Below are positions 26,430-39,127 of a DNA stretch of 64,000 nt, in pieces. Position numbers and translations under genes: made by a program. The notes under the pieces are model-generated. The model ran no database searches, was not told the origin of the DNA, and saw nothing but the letters and a program-made list of their open reading frames with translations. Source of the DNA: Callorhinchus milii (Eukaryota); the NCBI RefSeq assembly GCF_018977255.1, contig NW_024704743.1:62436001-62500000 (forward strand), written 5' to 3'. Each line of letters starts with the position of its first letter. The first letter of the stretch is position 1.

Positions 26430-29012
26430 ATTCTACTTCTCAAATCCCCTCTTTGCCGGTCTCCCCAGCTGCAACATGGACAGGATCCAGCTGATCCAAA
26501 ACTCCTCCGCCCACATACTCACCCGTACTAAACTCCATGCCCCCATCACACCAGTTCTTGCCAGTCTCCACTGGTTCCCTACCCCCGAATGGATCAATTT
26601 CAAGATCCTCACACTAGTTTTCAAATCGCTTGATGCCCTGACACCTCCCAATCACTCCGAGCTGTTTACCCCCCAACCCTCTGCCTCCGCTGGACTGGCT
26701 CCAGCCTTCTGCATGTCCCTTGGGTCCTCCGTTCCACCATTGGTGGCCGCATTTTCAACAACAACAACAACTCGGATTTATATAGCGCCCTCCACGCCAG
26801 ACAGAGTCTTAAGAGCGCTTCACAGTCACGGATCCCGGGGCCGAGCCAGGCGGAGGGGGAGGAAGGTGACCAAAGGCGCAGTCGAAAAGTTCTTTAGCCG
26901 AGACCTGAAAATAGGAAGAGAGGAGGCGAAGCTAAGGGAGTGAGGAAGGGAGTTTCAGAGTCTCAGGGCGTAGTGGCTGAAGGCACGGCCACCAATGGTG
27001 GAGCGGAGGATTTGGGGAACAAGGAGGAGGTCAGACCCGGTGGAGCGAAGGCAACAGGCACTGTTGTGAGGAGGGAGAAGGTTAGAGAGGTAGGGAGGTG
27101 CAGAGGAGTGGAGAGATTTGAAGACAAGAGTGAAGAACTTGAAGTCAATCCTCTCTGGGACAGGCAGCCAGTGCAGTCTGGCAAGGACTGGGGTAATCGG
27201 GGAGCGGAGTTTGGTGCAGGTAAGAATGGGGGCGGTAGAGTTCTGGATGACCTGGATTTTATGAATGGTAATGGAGGGGAGACTGGCGAGGAGGGCATTT
27301 GAATAGTCCAGCCGAGAGGTGACAAAAGCATGGACCAGGGTTTTGTCAGCTTTTGGGGAGAGGTATTGGCAGAAACGGGCGATGCGTCGGAGGTGGAAGA
27401 AAGTGGTGCTGGTGAGGGACCGGATGTGGGGGAGAAAGGATAATTGGGGGTCGAACATGACACCTAGGTTGTGTACGAGTTCGGAGAGTTTTAGGCGGAG
27501 GTCCGGTAGGTAGAGGAGGTGAGAACCATGCGATTTAAGACGTTGACGAGAGCCAAAGGGTTTGGCTTCCGTCTTGTCAACATTTAGCTGGAGGAAATTT
27601 GCGCTTATCCAGCTCCTGATGTCTGCCAGGCAGGCTGACAGAACATCCGGGGACTGGGGGTTGCAAAGTGAGGTGGAAAAATAGAGTTGGGTGACGTCCG
27701 CATACATGTGGAAGTGTACCCCATGTCTGCGGATGACATCTCCAAGAGGGAGCATATAGATTAGGAAGAGGAGGGGCCAAGGATGGATCCTTGGGGTACC
27801 CCGCAGGTAACCGGGTGAGAGCGGGAGGAAAAGCCGTTTGTGCAGATGTACCGCTGGCGATTCGTGAGGTAGGACTCAAACTAGCTGAGTGTGGTCCCAC
27901 TGAGGTGGATGATGGAGGAAAGGCAGTGGAGGAGGATGGCATGATTGACTGTGTTGAAAGCGGCGGAGAGGTCCAGGAGGACAAGGAGGCAGAGGGAGCC
28001 CTGGTCACAGATGAAGAGGATGTCATTTGAGACTTTCACAAGCGCAGTCTCTGTATTGTGGGCAGGGCGGAAGCCGGAGTGGAGGGGTTCGAAGAGGGAG
28101 TGGGAGAGGTGCGCAGAGTCGATTGGCAACAACGCATTCTAGGACTTTGGCGAGGAAGGGTAAGTTTGAAATAGGGCGGTAGTGGCTGGGGTTTGAGGGA
28201 TCTAGGGAAGGTTTTTTGAGGAGAGGGAGATGACAGCAGTTTTGAAGGGGGCAGGGACTGATCCAGAGGAAGGGACTGGTTGATGACATCAGCCAGTAGT
28301 GGGCAGAGGAGGGGGAGCTGGGTGACCAGCAAGTTGGTGGGGAGGGGGTCGAGGCAGCAGGTGGTGGGTTTCATTGAAGTGATGGTGGGTGAGAGGGAGG
28401 AAGGAGAGATGGGGAGGAAGGAATGTAGGATGGGGGTCGTGGTAGGAGCTGATGATGGGGAGCGTGAGGGGGACGGAGAGGGGGTGGTGGTGGGTGACAA
28501 GAGGCAGGTGGTTGAAAAGAAGTCCATGACCTCCTCGCACTTGGCATTAGATGTGAAGAATGAGAAGGCCTGAGGGGGCGCACGGAGGAGGTAGTGGATG
28601 GTGGAAAAAAAGGACTTTGGGATTATTTTTTGCCTCCAAGATGATGTTGGAGTAGAAGGCCGTTTTCGCACACGTCAAAGAACGGCGGTAGCTGTAGAGA
28701 TGCTCGAGCCACAGTTGGTGGTGAACTGTCAGGCCAGTTTTCTGCCATCTGTGCTCGAGCAGCCGGGTTTGGGTTTTTAGGGAGCGGAGATGACTGTTAC
28801 TTTCAGCCACTACGCCCCGAAATTCTGTAACATTCCTCCTCTATCCCTCCACCTTATCCCTTCCTTCCCCATCTTTAGGTCTTACCTGAAGACCTTCCTA
28901 TTCAACCTTGCCTACAATCACCTCCCACTGGCTCAGGATCGTGCTCCGCCACCGTCAAGCATTCTGGACCACTACTCTGCGTAAGGTGCGTTATATAAAT
29001 GCAAGTTGCTGA
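26430..29012 (+). mobile_element. Older L2 fragment split by the 26757-28793 insertion (parts 26430-26756 and about 28801-29012)
   Basis: IQLIQNSSA...LHWFP before the insertion; resumes FSHYAPKF with an L2 3' tail after it. Confidence 0.75.
26757..28793 (-). mobile_element. L2-clade LINE, 5'-truncated (about 2 kb)
   Basis: RT motifs ([62 protein letters not shown]); (AAC)n tail; tttca TSD-like repeat. Confidence 0.93.
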
Positions 29013-29361
29013 GGTTATTCCACACCCCTTGCAATATATGCCAGGATCCCATTTGCTTTATCCGACTGCTTTGCTGCATCTGCAAATTCGATTTCAATGA
29101 CTGATGAACTTGAACCCGTCGCCACTTCAAACGCACCTGTACCCCCAACCACTAGCCTTCCAGCCCAAGTGCAATACCTCACACTTTGAAATAAAATAAT
29201 CCTCGCATTTGATAATAATAATCCTTACGTTTGATTGCGGCACTTTCTAAAATAGCTATTTGATAATTTGGTATTAAAGATGGTATTTGATACAGCACTT
29301 TTAACATCAGGAGATCTTCAGGCAGAGCAGGTGGTCCAACCGGTCACACATAATCACACCA

Positions 29362-29460
29362 CCAAATACTGCAGATGGTGGAACTTCTGACGAAGGGTCG
29401 TGGACCCCAAACGTTGACTCACTTTCCTTTCTCCATAGATGCTGCCTGACCTGCTGAGTG
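29362..29460 (+). mobile_element. Penelope-type terminal remnant with a degenerate hammerhead core
   Basis: aaatactgcagatg...CTGACGAagggtc gtg gaccc(C)AAACgtt...gatgctgcctgacctgctgag; related end fragment near 7240-7285. Confidence 0.55.
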
Positions 29461-29545
29461 TCCCACACACAATGCTGGGCTACTTCTGGGCTATTTTTAG
29501 TGGACTTTGGGCTACAAACGTATTGTAATTTCCGGCCACCAGCTC

Positions 29546-29875
29546 AATAACAACAATAATAATAATAATCCTTGCATTTGACATAGCGCTTTTCACGTCG
29601 GGAGGACGTCCCAAAGCGCTTCACAGAACACACTGTAAAGTGAATTGACTGCATATTTGTGGGCGAACGCGGCAGCCAATTGCGCACAGCAATGTCCCAC
29701 AAACAGTCGTAGATTGAAAATGACCAATTTATTATTGTTTTGGGTTTTGGAGGGATTATTATTAGGCTCTGTGTGGAGTAAGGAAACTTGCCCAAGGTTT
29801 CGCCCTCTGCCTGGAATTGAACTCAGGTCTCTCATTTGCAAAGCGAGTGCTCTAACCACTGAGCTACAGGACTCC
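29546..29875 (-). mobile_element. Young SINE, 43 bp past the ATPSCKMT exon 1 donor
   Basis: Near-identical to the copies at 2517, 42249 and 51212. Confidence 0.93.
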
Positions 29876-29876
29876 A

Positions 29877-30300
29877 ATGCGCCCACCGCCCCCCCCCCGC
29901 GGGCCCCTCCACACTCACGATCCTCCCGTCGCCGCTGCCGATGTCCACCAGGGCCCCCCGGCGGCCCGCGAGCAGCCGCAGCACGTTGTCCACCTGGGCC
30001 GGGCTGGCGGGCACGAAGGGCAGACACACCCTCCGCAGAGCCGGCGCCACGAACGGCGCCGCCGCCACGTACAGAGCCAGCGCCGCCCCGCCCGCCGCGC
30101 CGGCCAGTACCAGGCCCCACCTGGGCCTCGGACTGGAGCTCGGCTCCCGGGGCTGAGGGTCAGGGCGGCCCGCGGCTCGGACTGAACCGGACATTGCTAC
30201 GAACGGCACCCGGTAACTTCCTGTGATGGCCCGTTCGCACTGAGGCGGTGTCACACCCTAAACCGTCCCACAACAGGAAATAGCTGCAGCCATGGAAACG
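29877..30300. promoter_or_regulatory. CpG island / putative ATPSCKMT promoter
   Basis: Very GC- and CpG-rich stretch covering exon 1; ETS-type ACTTCCTG at 30216-30223. Confidence 0.75.
29919..30194 (-). CDS. ATPSCKMT: ATP synthase c-subunit lysine N-methyltransferase (FAM173B), coding exon 1 (276 nt)
   Basis: ATG at 30194 gives MSGSV...[11 protein letters not shown]...[13 protein letters not shown]...[11 protein letters not shown] (TM segment, LPFVPA motif, SAM-binding motif I). GTGAGT donor at 29918. Lies in a CpG island. Confidence 0.9.
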
Positions 30301-32094
30301 CAATCTGTCCCTCAACTGATGCAGAGGAACCAGGGGCTGCAGAGGGTAATCGTCAACCAGGATTGGGTTTAGCTTTGCTCAGTCGGGTGTCTGGCACCTG
30401 TGGAAACCCATCACCATGTGTGAGAGCATCCAAACCAACTCAGCATCCCATCCCCACATGGGAATTTCCCACTGCTTGTCCAGCCAGGACCACCCACCTA
30501 CCTAAGTGAGGGTCATTTATGTAACTTCAATTACAAATAGTAAATACATAGTCCTAGTAAATAATAATGATATTTTTAACAATAAATAATCCTTAATCCC
30601 GAGGTTCAACGATGCCCCGGGATGGCTCCACCACATCAGCCAAGAAACATTCTGTGCCATAAAGCCATCTTTCTGTGAGCCGGAAGCCGTCTTCGTCAAG
30701 CGCATAGATGCAATACGAACAAAGATTCTCAGTGCTGGTTCTTTCACAAATACAGCCCCATTGAAATCCAGCTGCACCTGCAGGCAAAAAGTGGGGTGTA
30801 TCTTATATTTATACAAAACAATTCAATTTACATCAATGTCGCAGCTTTCACGTATCGAGAAGTGGTATTTCAAAATGTATAATGCTGAGTGAATAAATAA
30901 ATGGAAGAATAAGTAGTTATTCTGCAGCACCTGTAATGGACAGGCAAAATCTTTCCTCAGTAAAATAGGTTGAGAGCCCACAATGGACAGAAATATGCAT
31001 TGTGCTATGTTACATTCTTATATCCTCATTTTATTAACATTCACAATATGATCCAATGTTCCAGGTATGCAAGTAACCCAATTTAAATGAACCTATAAAA
31101 TATTGTGCCCCCAATTTGTTATTGTATCATTAAACAAATTAACTTTTGTTTTTTACGCAGGCATCTCATTCTGATTTGAATTTAAGACACTCCCAACAAT
31201 CTTCAAGTTCCAAAATACTTGAAAAAGGCAACAAAATCAGGAAAATTAGCTTTCCATTTTACCATTAGACATGAATTTGGTACTGTTAATGTTACAACAG
31301 GCTTAGTGAATCTGATATATGGTTATCTTAAGTCAATTATGCAATTTACAATACAATTTACATTTATATACCTCCTTTCATGTCTGGAGGACCTAACAAA
31401 CCACTTGATAATTCTGAAACTAAACACAATAAAAAATAACAGTGATTCCAATATTATTTGCAGATGAAATTATAATCCTCTGATGAACACCACTTATTTG
31501 ACATGTTTTACTTTGCAAGTCATCTATAAATCCTGGATCATTGCCAGTTTAGAGGCTGTTCGCTCACCCATGTCCTCCACATTTACTGTTTTTTTTAACT
31601 TCAAGTTTCAAAGGAGATGGTGAACATTTAATAACCAGCCTCTAATAAAATGCGCTGTCATGAACCTAAATGGTGGGTCACTCTGACTAGAGATAATGTT
31701 CTTTACAGAAATGACTGCTGAAGATTAAACCTCTGATTGAAGTTCCCAGTCAAGAGAACAATCACAAAGCAGAACAGATCTCTCTCACTTTAAGTATCTT
31801 ACTCTTGTAGAGAAAGACCTTAACTCCTATTTGTCAGCCTGGCACAATTTGTAGCACTCTTGCCTTGCTGAGTCGGAACGTTTAAGCTTCGGGACTCTGA
31901 GTTTATAGTCTAGGCTGAAACTCCAGTGCAAGGCTGGAAGAGCACTGCATTGTCAGAGGTGCCATTCTTCGGATGAGACCGTAAATTGAGATCCCATGTC
32001 TCACTGTTCAGATAGACGTTGAAGATCCCTGGCACAATTTAAAAAGGGAAAGGAGTTTCTCCCAGTGGCTTGCCTAATAATCTCCCAGATAACA

Positions 32095-34016
32095 GCCTGT
32101 AGCTTAGTGGTTAAAGTACTCACCTCGCAAGTGAGAGGACCTGGGTTCAATTCCCGGCAAGGCAAAACGTTCGGCAAATTTTCTTATGCCACTTGCCTCT
32201 GTTTACCGAGCAGTAAGAAAGAACCCAGTTGTTAGTCGATTGGTGGATCACTTTTCCGGGATAATAATTCCTTCCAAAAAAATAATAATTTAATCATTCG
32301 ATCCATGGCTGTTTGTGGGACACTGCTGTGTGCAAATGGCTGTTCCACAAAAATATACAGTCAATTCATAGGAACATAGGAATAGGAGTAGGACATTCAG
32401 CCCCTCAAGCCTGTTCCATCTTTTATTTAGATCATGGTTGATCTGTACCTTAACTAATCCTTTCAATTCCAATTTACCACTTTCTCCCCATATCCCTTAA
32501 TACCCTGACATACCAAAAATCTATCAACCTCACTCTTGAAGGTGTGGATGGATCCAGAATCCATGGCCTTTTGGGGGAGAGAATTCCAGATTTCTACCAC
32601 CCTTTGAGTGAAAAAATGTTTTGTGATTTCACTCTTAAATGGCCTGGTTCTAATTTTAAGACTATGCCCCTTGTTTTGGATTCCCCACCAAAGGAAATAG
32701 CTTCTCTGTATCTACCCTATCAAATTCCTTTCTCATCTTAAATATCTCAATCAAATCGCCCCTCAACGTTCTAAACTCAAGGGAATACAATCCAAGTCTT
32801 TCCTCGTAACTTAACCCTTTTAGGCCTGGTAACATTCTGGTGAACCTGCGCTGCACCCCCTCCAGGGCCAATATATCTTTCCTGAGGGGTGGTGCTCAAA
32901 ACTGAACGCAATCTCCAGATGGGGTCTGACTAACGCTGTGTACAGCTGGAGCATCATTTCTTCCCCTTTCTATTGCAGGCCCCTTGAGATAAAGGCCAAC
33001 ATCCCATTCGCCTTTTTAATTACTTTTTGCACCTCGGAATTAGTTTTTAGTGATTTGTGGATATGGACACCCAAATCTCTTTGCTCCTCCACAGTTCTTA
33101 ATTTCTCCCCATTAAGAAAATATTCTGCTTCATCTTTTTTCGGTCCATAGTGGATGACATTGCAATTCCCTACATTGAACTCTATCTGCCACAGCTTTGC
33201 CCCTTCACTTAATCTGTCTAAATCTCTTTGTAACTTCTTATTCCCATCTACACAATTTACTGAGCCTCCTAGTTTAGTATCGTCTGCAAACATGGATATA
33301 AAACTTTCTGTTCCTTCATCTAAGCCATTTATATAAATGGCAAATAGCTGAGGTCTCAGTACAGACCCCTGGGGGACACCACTTGTCACGTCCCGCCAAT
33401 CAGAGAACGTTCCCTTTATCCCTACTCTCTGCTTCCTGCCTTCCTACCAATTACCAAGTCACATCACAAAGTTACCTCTGACTCCATGCGCTTCCATTTT
33501 CGCTAATAATCTTTTGTTTGGAACCTTATCCAATGCTTCGGAAAGTCCATATAAATGATATCCTCTTATCCACCATTTTAGTGATCTCCTCAAAAAATTC
33601 AACTAGATTAGTCAGACACAACCTACCCTTGGCAAACCCATGCTGACTCTCTTGACTAGCTCATACCTGTCCAAGTGTTCAGTCACTCTGTCCCTGATGA
33701 TGGATTCCACTATTTTCCCTACAACTGACTTTAAGCTGACAGTTCTCTAGTTTCCTGGTTTCTCCCTCCCTCCCTTCTTAAATATAGGGGTGACATTCAC
33801 AATTTTTCAATTTTCCAAATTCACTTTACAGTATATTCTGTGAAGCGCTTTGGGGTGTCTTATAATAATAATAATAATAATCCTTGCATTTGATATAGCG
33901 CTTTTCACGTCGGGAGGACGTCCCAAAGCGCTTCACAGAATATACTGTAAAGTGAATTGACTGTATATTTGAAGTCGTGATAAGGTGCTATATCAAACGC
34001 AAGGATTATTATTATT
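32095..34016 (+). mobile_element. Older SINE split by a CR1 and by a truncated young SINE (33863-33970, minus strand)
   Basis: Pieces 32095-32368, about 33821-33860 and 33971-34016 join into one SINE; aattca duplicated around the CR1. Confidence 0.8.
32369..33815 (-). mobile_element. CR1-clade LINE, 5'-truncated
   Basis: SGVPQGSVLRPQLFAIYIN...FADDTKLGG, LEGVQRRFTRMLPGL, LRGDLIEIFK; cataggaa-type tail repeat. Confidence 0.93.
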
Positions 34017-36644
34017 TAAAATTGGTTATTCACTTCATGGCTGTTTGTGGAATATTGCTGTGTGTAAACTGGCTTTCAGGTTTGCCTACAAACATAGTCA
34101 CTGTACTTTATAGCAAATCCTGTGAAGTATTGAGACACTTCAACAATGTAATAAGGCGCTATATCAATTGCAGGGATTGTTAATTTATTTTGAAATTAAA
34201 AGGCCAAAGGTCATCAATTTATTCTCCAGTTATGGAAAGAAATTGCAAGTAATCCATATCTTGACTTGAAACAGGCGGTTAGAATTAGAGGTGAGACGTT
34301 TATGATTTACAAGTCTTGTACACTATAAATCAGAAGAAACGTTTTCCTTCACAAAGTACTGTATATAGATTACTCACATCAGAACAAATTGCACACAAAC
34401 TAGTTTATCTACCTGAAAAAATTAAATACTAATTTACTCATTGATTACAAGATGTATTGCAAAGTCTACAAGTTGAATTATATATCACTTAAAAAGTACT
34501 CTCCAAATATCAAATTGGATTTATTTCCTATTAACCCTAAGGACATATCCTATTCCCTGTTAAGAATTCACTTAAGGAACCTCTACTAGATCTCTGTCAG
34601 AGCAGCTTCTTAGCCAGTCACCAGAAAGTATACAAGAGTGAAACCAGGTAATTTGTTCTTCAAATAAAAAATAATTTATAAAACTCCATTTCAAGACAAC
34701 CAAATAAAGTAATAAACTTAAAACAAAAACAACAACTTGCATTTATACAATGCCCTTCACCCACGGTAGCATTTCAGAGCGTTTAAAAGGAAAAGACAAT
34801 TTAAATTTTGATTTAAATGGTTGGCAAAAGCACAGTATGAATCTACAGTATGGTAATAATGTTTCTTTCCTGCTGCTGAGTTCTAGATCTCTGTTGCATT
34901 GCTCTGGGAAACTAGCCGGCTAAGACAAGCTACTCCCCTCCTCACTGCAGAGAGAAAGGGTGAGAAATCAAAGAGAGAGCCAGGCCCTGTGCAATGGCCA
35001 TATAACAGCCAGCATTCAGAGAGTACCAAAAAGTGGATCAGTACAGGATATGTAGTCCAAGGAGCCCAGGGGGAAGAGCAATAGTTTACATTTATGTAGT
35101 GCCTTTCACATTGGCAGGATGTTTTTGGGAGAAAAGAGATTTCGTACATCAATTAAAATATGTCAGGAAAAAATATCTTCTAATTTTTTTGACACTGTTA
35201 AGATGAGCCACAAGCCACAGGGAGTTTTGTTTTATTCATTTAATTGGACTTGGCATACATTTTCTGTTGAATTTGTGTAACTCAGTTATTGTAATAGGAA
35301 TCAAAACCGAGTGAGTACTCATGGGGTTATTGGTAGAATTGGCTTGGAGGAGCTGCACTGCTTGACATTATGAGGGTATTGATTTAGCATCTGCAATGAC
35401 AGGATCGCTGAAGCAGCTCCAGGCTGATGGTGTTTGGGGGTTGAGGAGGGCATGGGTTGGGCCCAGAAAACAAACGTGCACCAAGGGTTTTAATAACAAA
35501 AAGAAAGGTTTATTTTGATAAGGAAGCTGTTGCTTTTTACAGCCGTCTTCTGCAGACACACTCTTCTCCCTGAAGCACCCAGCTATAGATTGGTGCTGAT
35601 TCATTAACCAGTTAGTGTCCAATTAGCACTTAGGGCTGGAGCTTCAAACAACCCTGTAAAGTGAATTGACCGTTTATTTTGTGAGCAAAACTCAGCAGCC
35701 AATTGCTCACAGCAGTATCCCACATTGGTTTACATAGGAACCCAGTTGTTAGTCGATTGGCAAATCACTTTTCCAGAGGTAATAAATATTTTGGGTAATA
35801 AATATTTTCCTTCAAAAAAATAATAAATTGATCATTCAATTAACAACTGTTTGTGGATCACTACTGTGCAATTGGATGCTGCGTTTCGCCCACAAAATAT
35901 ACAGTCAATTCACTTTACAGTATAATCTGGGAAGCACTCTGAGACGTCTTGAAGATGTGATATGGAGCTATATGAAATGCAAGGATTATTTATTATTATT
36001 ACATTCCCAAATTGGTATGCTCTTGATTTCCAGATGTTCTTCACAGGGAAAAACATTGAAGGATGAATTACTTCAGATCCCATACATCAGAGGAATGGAT
36101 TGTCCACCAATATTAGGAACAGCACCTATTAGTGTCTGCTCAGGCAGCATATGTGTGTTTGTTGGATGGGGAAAGGTAAGAGGGGAGATGATAATTAAGA
36201 CAGTATCCGGAAACAATAGACTAGATGTAGAACTGAAAAAATACACAAACATGACTGAGAAGTATGAAAGACACGACAAAATCAAGGAATAATTTACAAT
36301 TCTGTTTGATGTCAGTCAATTCACCTTACAGTATGTTCTGTGAAGAGCTTTGAGACATCTTATGGACGTGATAAGACACTATATCAAATGCAAGGTTTAT
36401 TATTATCACAAATAAAATGTTTAAGCATCAATGTGGGTGAAGCAAATCACATTGTAATATTGAAAAAAGAGACGATCTGTTTTGTATCTTTATCTCTATC
36501 CATCTATATAGTGTATAATCCCGATAAAAGGAACTCACTGAGCCAGCTTTACATCCTCAATGCCAGTTAATAAATATTGTAACCTCTTCTGGTGCAGTTA
36601 GACCTTGTTTTTTTATGAACTTCATTAATCTTAATATGTATATA

Positions 36645-36945
36645 TTCCCACTGGTTGGTGAGTCAGTGACTAGAGGGCATCAATTTAAGATAATTGGCAA
36701 AGGGGGAAATTAGGAGGAATTTTTTTATGCAAATGTTTTTAGAATGTGGAATGCTGTGCCGGGAGCAGTGGATGAGGCAGAATCCATGTTAGCTTTCAAG
36801 CGAGAACTGGATAGATATTTCAAAAGGAGTTATTTGCAAAGGTCTGGGGAAAAGACAGGTAAATGGGCATTATTGCTCTTTCAAAGGGCCATCACAGATA
36901 TGGTGGACTGAATGACCTCTTCAGTGCTGTAAATTTCTATGATTG
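36645..36945 (+). mobile_element. CR1 3' fragment
   Basis: actagagggcatcaatttaag...tttcaagcgagaactggata...ttctatgatt tail. Confidence 0.6.
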
Positions 36946-36994
36946 TATACAACTTAGATACGGTTCCTTATTAGGGGTCTGGTTCGCCAGCCAA

Positions 36995-37570
36995 TTTCTA
37001 ATCCACCCTTCTATCATGCTCAGGCTTGACTCTGCCAAACACTGCTCAATGCCAGACTCCCCAGGCATAGAGCAGTACCTACACAAGCTGCAGACGATCC
37101 GGAACTCTGCAGCTTAAGCCGTCTCCCGCACCAGGCTCCACAAACCTTTCACCTCCATCTTTGCTTGGCTCCATTGGCTCTCCATCCCCAGTGGATCAAG
37201 TTTAAGATTCTCATTCAGACATTCGAATTCCTTGACGGTTTTCCCACCCAACTCTGCAACCTTCTTCAACCCAACGACTCAGCTCCTCTGTTTGCTCAGT
37301 GATCACTGGCTTACTTCATGTCCCCAGTCCCACCAGCCCTACTATTGGGGCTGATAGAGCAGGTGACATGAATGCTTTCAGCCATTCTGCCCCCGAACTC
37401 TGGAACTCTATCTTGGGAGTGCTTCCAGCTTGCTCCTTTTCTTCTTTCGTTCAAGCACATCTCAAAATGTACCTCTTTGCACGCTCTTTCGATCATCTTT
37501 CCCTTCTCCACCCCAGCTCGAGAAACCGGCCAGAATTGTCAAACCCTTTGCGACGTCTTCCCAATGTGAA
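36995..37570 (+). mobile_element. Decayed L2 fragment
   Basis: acaagctgcagacgatccggaactctgc...ctccattggctc...ctctggaactc. Confidence 0.65.
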
Positions 37571-37815
37571 ATGCTTAATCTTTTTAGAAGTCAAATTAAC
37601 CTTCATAGAAACGAGCAGTAACACACAGCAATGCCTCTAACATCATTGGGTTGAGTGTTCATAAACCAAGCTTCAATGGTTCTCTCTTATAAACAAGAAT
37701 TTTCTGGAACAGTTAATTTATTGAAAAGAAAATTGGATAATTACTTGAGGACATTAAAGGCTATAGCGAAATATAGAGGAATGATGTTAGAATAAATGTT
37801 TCACAAAGAAACTAT

Positions 37816-39127
37816 CAACAACAACAACAACAAAATTACATTTATAGAGCCTTTCACGTCGGGAGGACGTCCCAAAGAGCTGAACAGTCAGGGGTCGGGA
37901 CCTGAGCATGGGGGAGGGGTGGTGTAGAGGTGAGGGAAGGCCGAGAGGTGGGAGGGAGACCAAAGGCACGGTGGAAGAGAAGGGTCTTGAGACCAGCCTT
38001 GAAGGAGGCAAGGGAGGAAGCGAAGCAAAAGGACGGTGGGATGGATTTCCAGAGTGTAGGGGCAGAGAGGCTGAAAGCCCGGTCTCCAATGGTAGGGCAA
38101 GTTGGGCGGGAGACATGGAGCAGGCCGGAGCCTGATGAATGGAGGGAGCGGGCAGGTTGGTAGGGAGTCTGCAGGTCAGAGAGGTAGGAGGGGGCAAGGC
38201 CATGGATGGCCTTAAAGGTTAGGACAAGGATCTTGAACTCGATTCTCTGGGGGATGGGAAGCCATTGGAGTTGGGCGAGGGTGGGAGTGATGCGGTGACG
38301 GAGCCTGGTGTGTGAGAGTACACGAGCTGCAGGGTTTTGGATGATCTGCAGCTTGTGAAGGGAAAAGTTGGGAAGGTCGAGGTCAAGTCTTGAGGTGATG
38401 AATGCGTGGGTGAGGGTCTCGGCAGCCTGAGGGGTGAGGCAGTGGCGGAGTCTGGCAATATTGCGGAGGTGGTGGTAGGCAGTGCCAGTCATGGCGTGAA
38501 TGTGGGGGAGAAAGGACAGTTCAGGGTCAAACAAGATACCCAGGTTCCTGACTGGCTTAGTGAGGTTGTGTGTGCAGCCGTGGAGGCTGATGCTGCCAGT
38601 ACCTGAGGTGCAGAGGCGCTGGCGCGAGCCAATCAGGAGGGCCTCGGTCTTGCTGATTTTGAGTTGGAGAAAGTTGGCCCTTGTCCAGGACTTGATGTCG
38701 GACAGGCAGTCGGTCAGGACGCCAGTAGTCCTGGAGTTCAGGGTGGAGGCAGAGAGGTAGAGTTGGGTGTCATCCGCATACATGTGGAACTTTACCCCAT
38801 GTCTGCAGATGACATCACCAAGGGGGAGCATGTAGAGGTTGGAGAGGAGGGGACCGAGGACAGCGACCTGAGGAACACTGCATGAGACAGTGCAGGGGGT
38901 GGAGGAGAAGCCGTTTGCCGCAACAAAGTGGAGACGGTGTGAAAGATAGGACCTGAACCTTGAAGTTTAAGGTGGGAGGAGAGGTGGGTGGATTGAGTGG
39001 TCCACGGTGTCAAAGGCGGAGGAGAGGTCGAGGAGGATGAGAAGGCAGAGGGAGCCCTGGTCACACATGGTCAGGATGTCGTTTGTGACCTTGACCAGAG
39101 CACACAGCACGGAAACCCGATTGGAGG
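37816..39127 (-). mobile_element. L2-clade LINE, 5'-truncated
   Basis: 325-aa ORF with [11 protein letters not shown] and [13 protein letters not shown]; 3' tail gggacgtcctcccgacgtgaaa plus (TTG)n. Confidence 0.93.

Larger units (their letters stand above)
31833..34180 (+). mobile_element. Deu-domain SINE, split (31833-32090 and 34017-34180)
   Basis: Deu core gtcagaggtgccattcttcggatgagacc; 3' part resumes after the nested elements. Confidence 0.65.

Noticed and set aside
29544..30226. Long GC-rich ORFs (175 aa minus, 193 aa plus) overlapping ATPSCKMT exon 1
   Set aside because: Alternative-frame or antisense by-products of a CpG island running into a SINE; low-complexity Arg/Gly/Pro sequence.
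30195..30254. N-terminal extension MTPPQ... in the ORF track
   Set aside because: It starts at GTG; the first in-frame ATG is at 30194.
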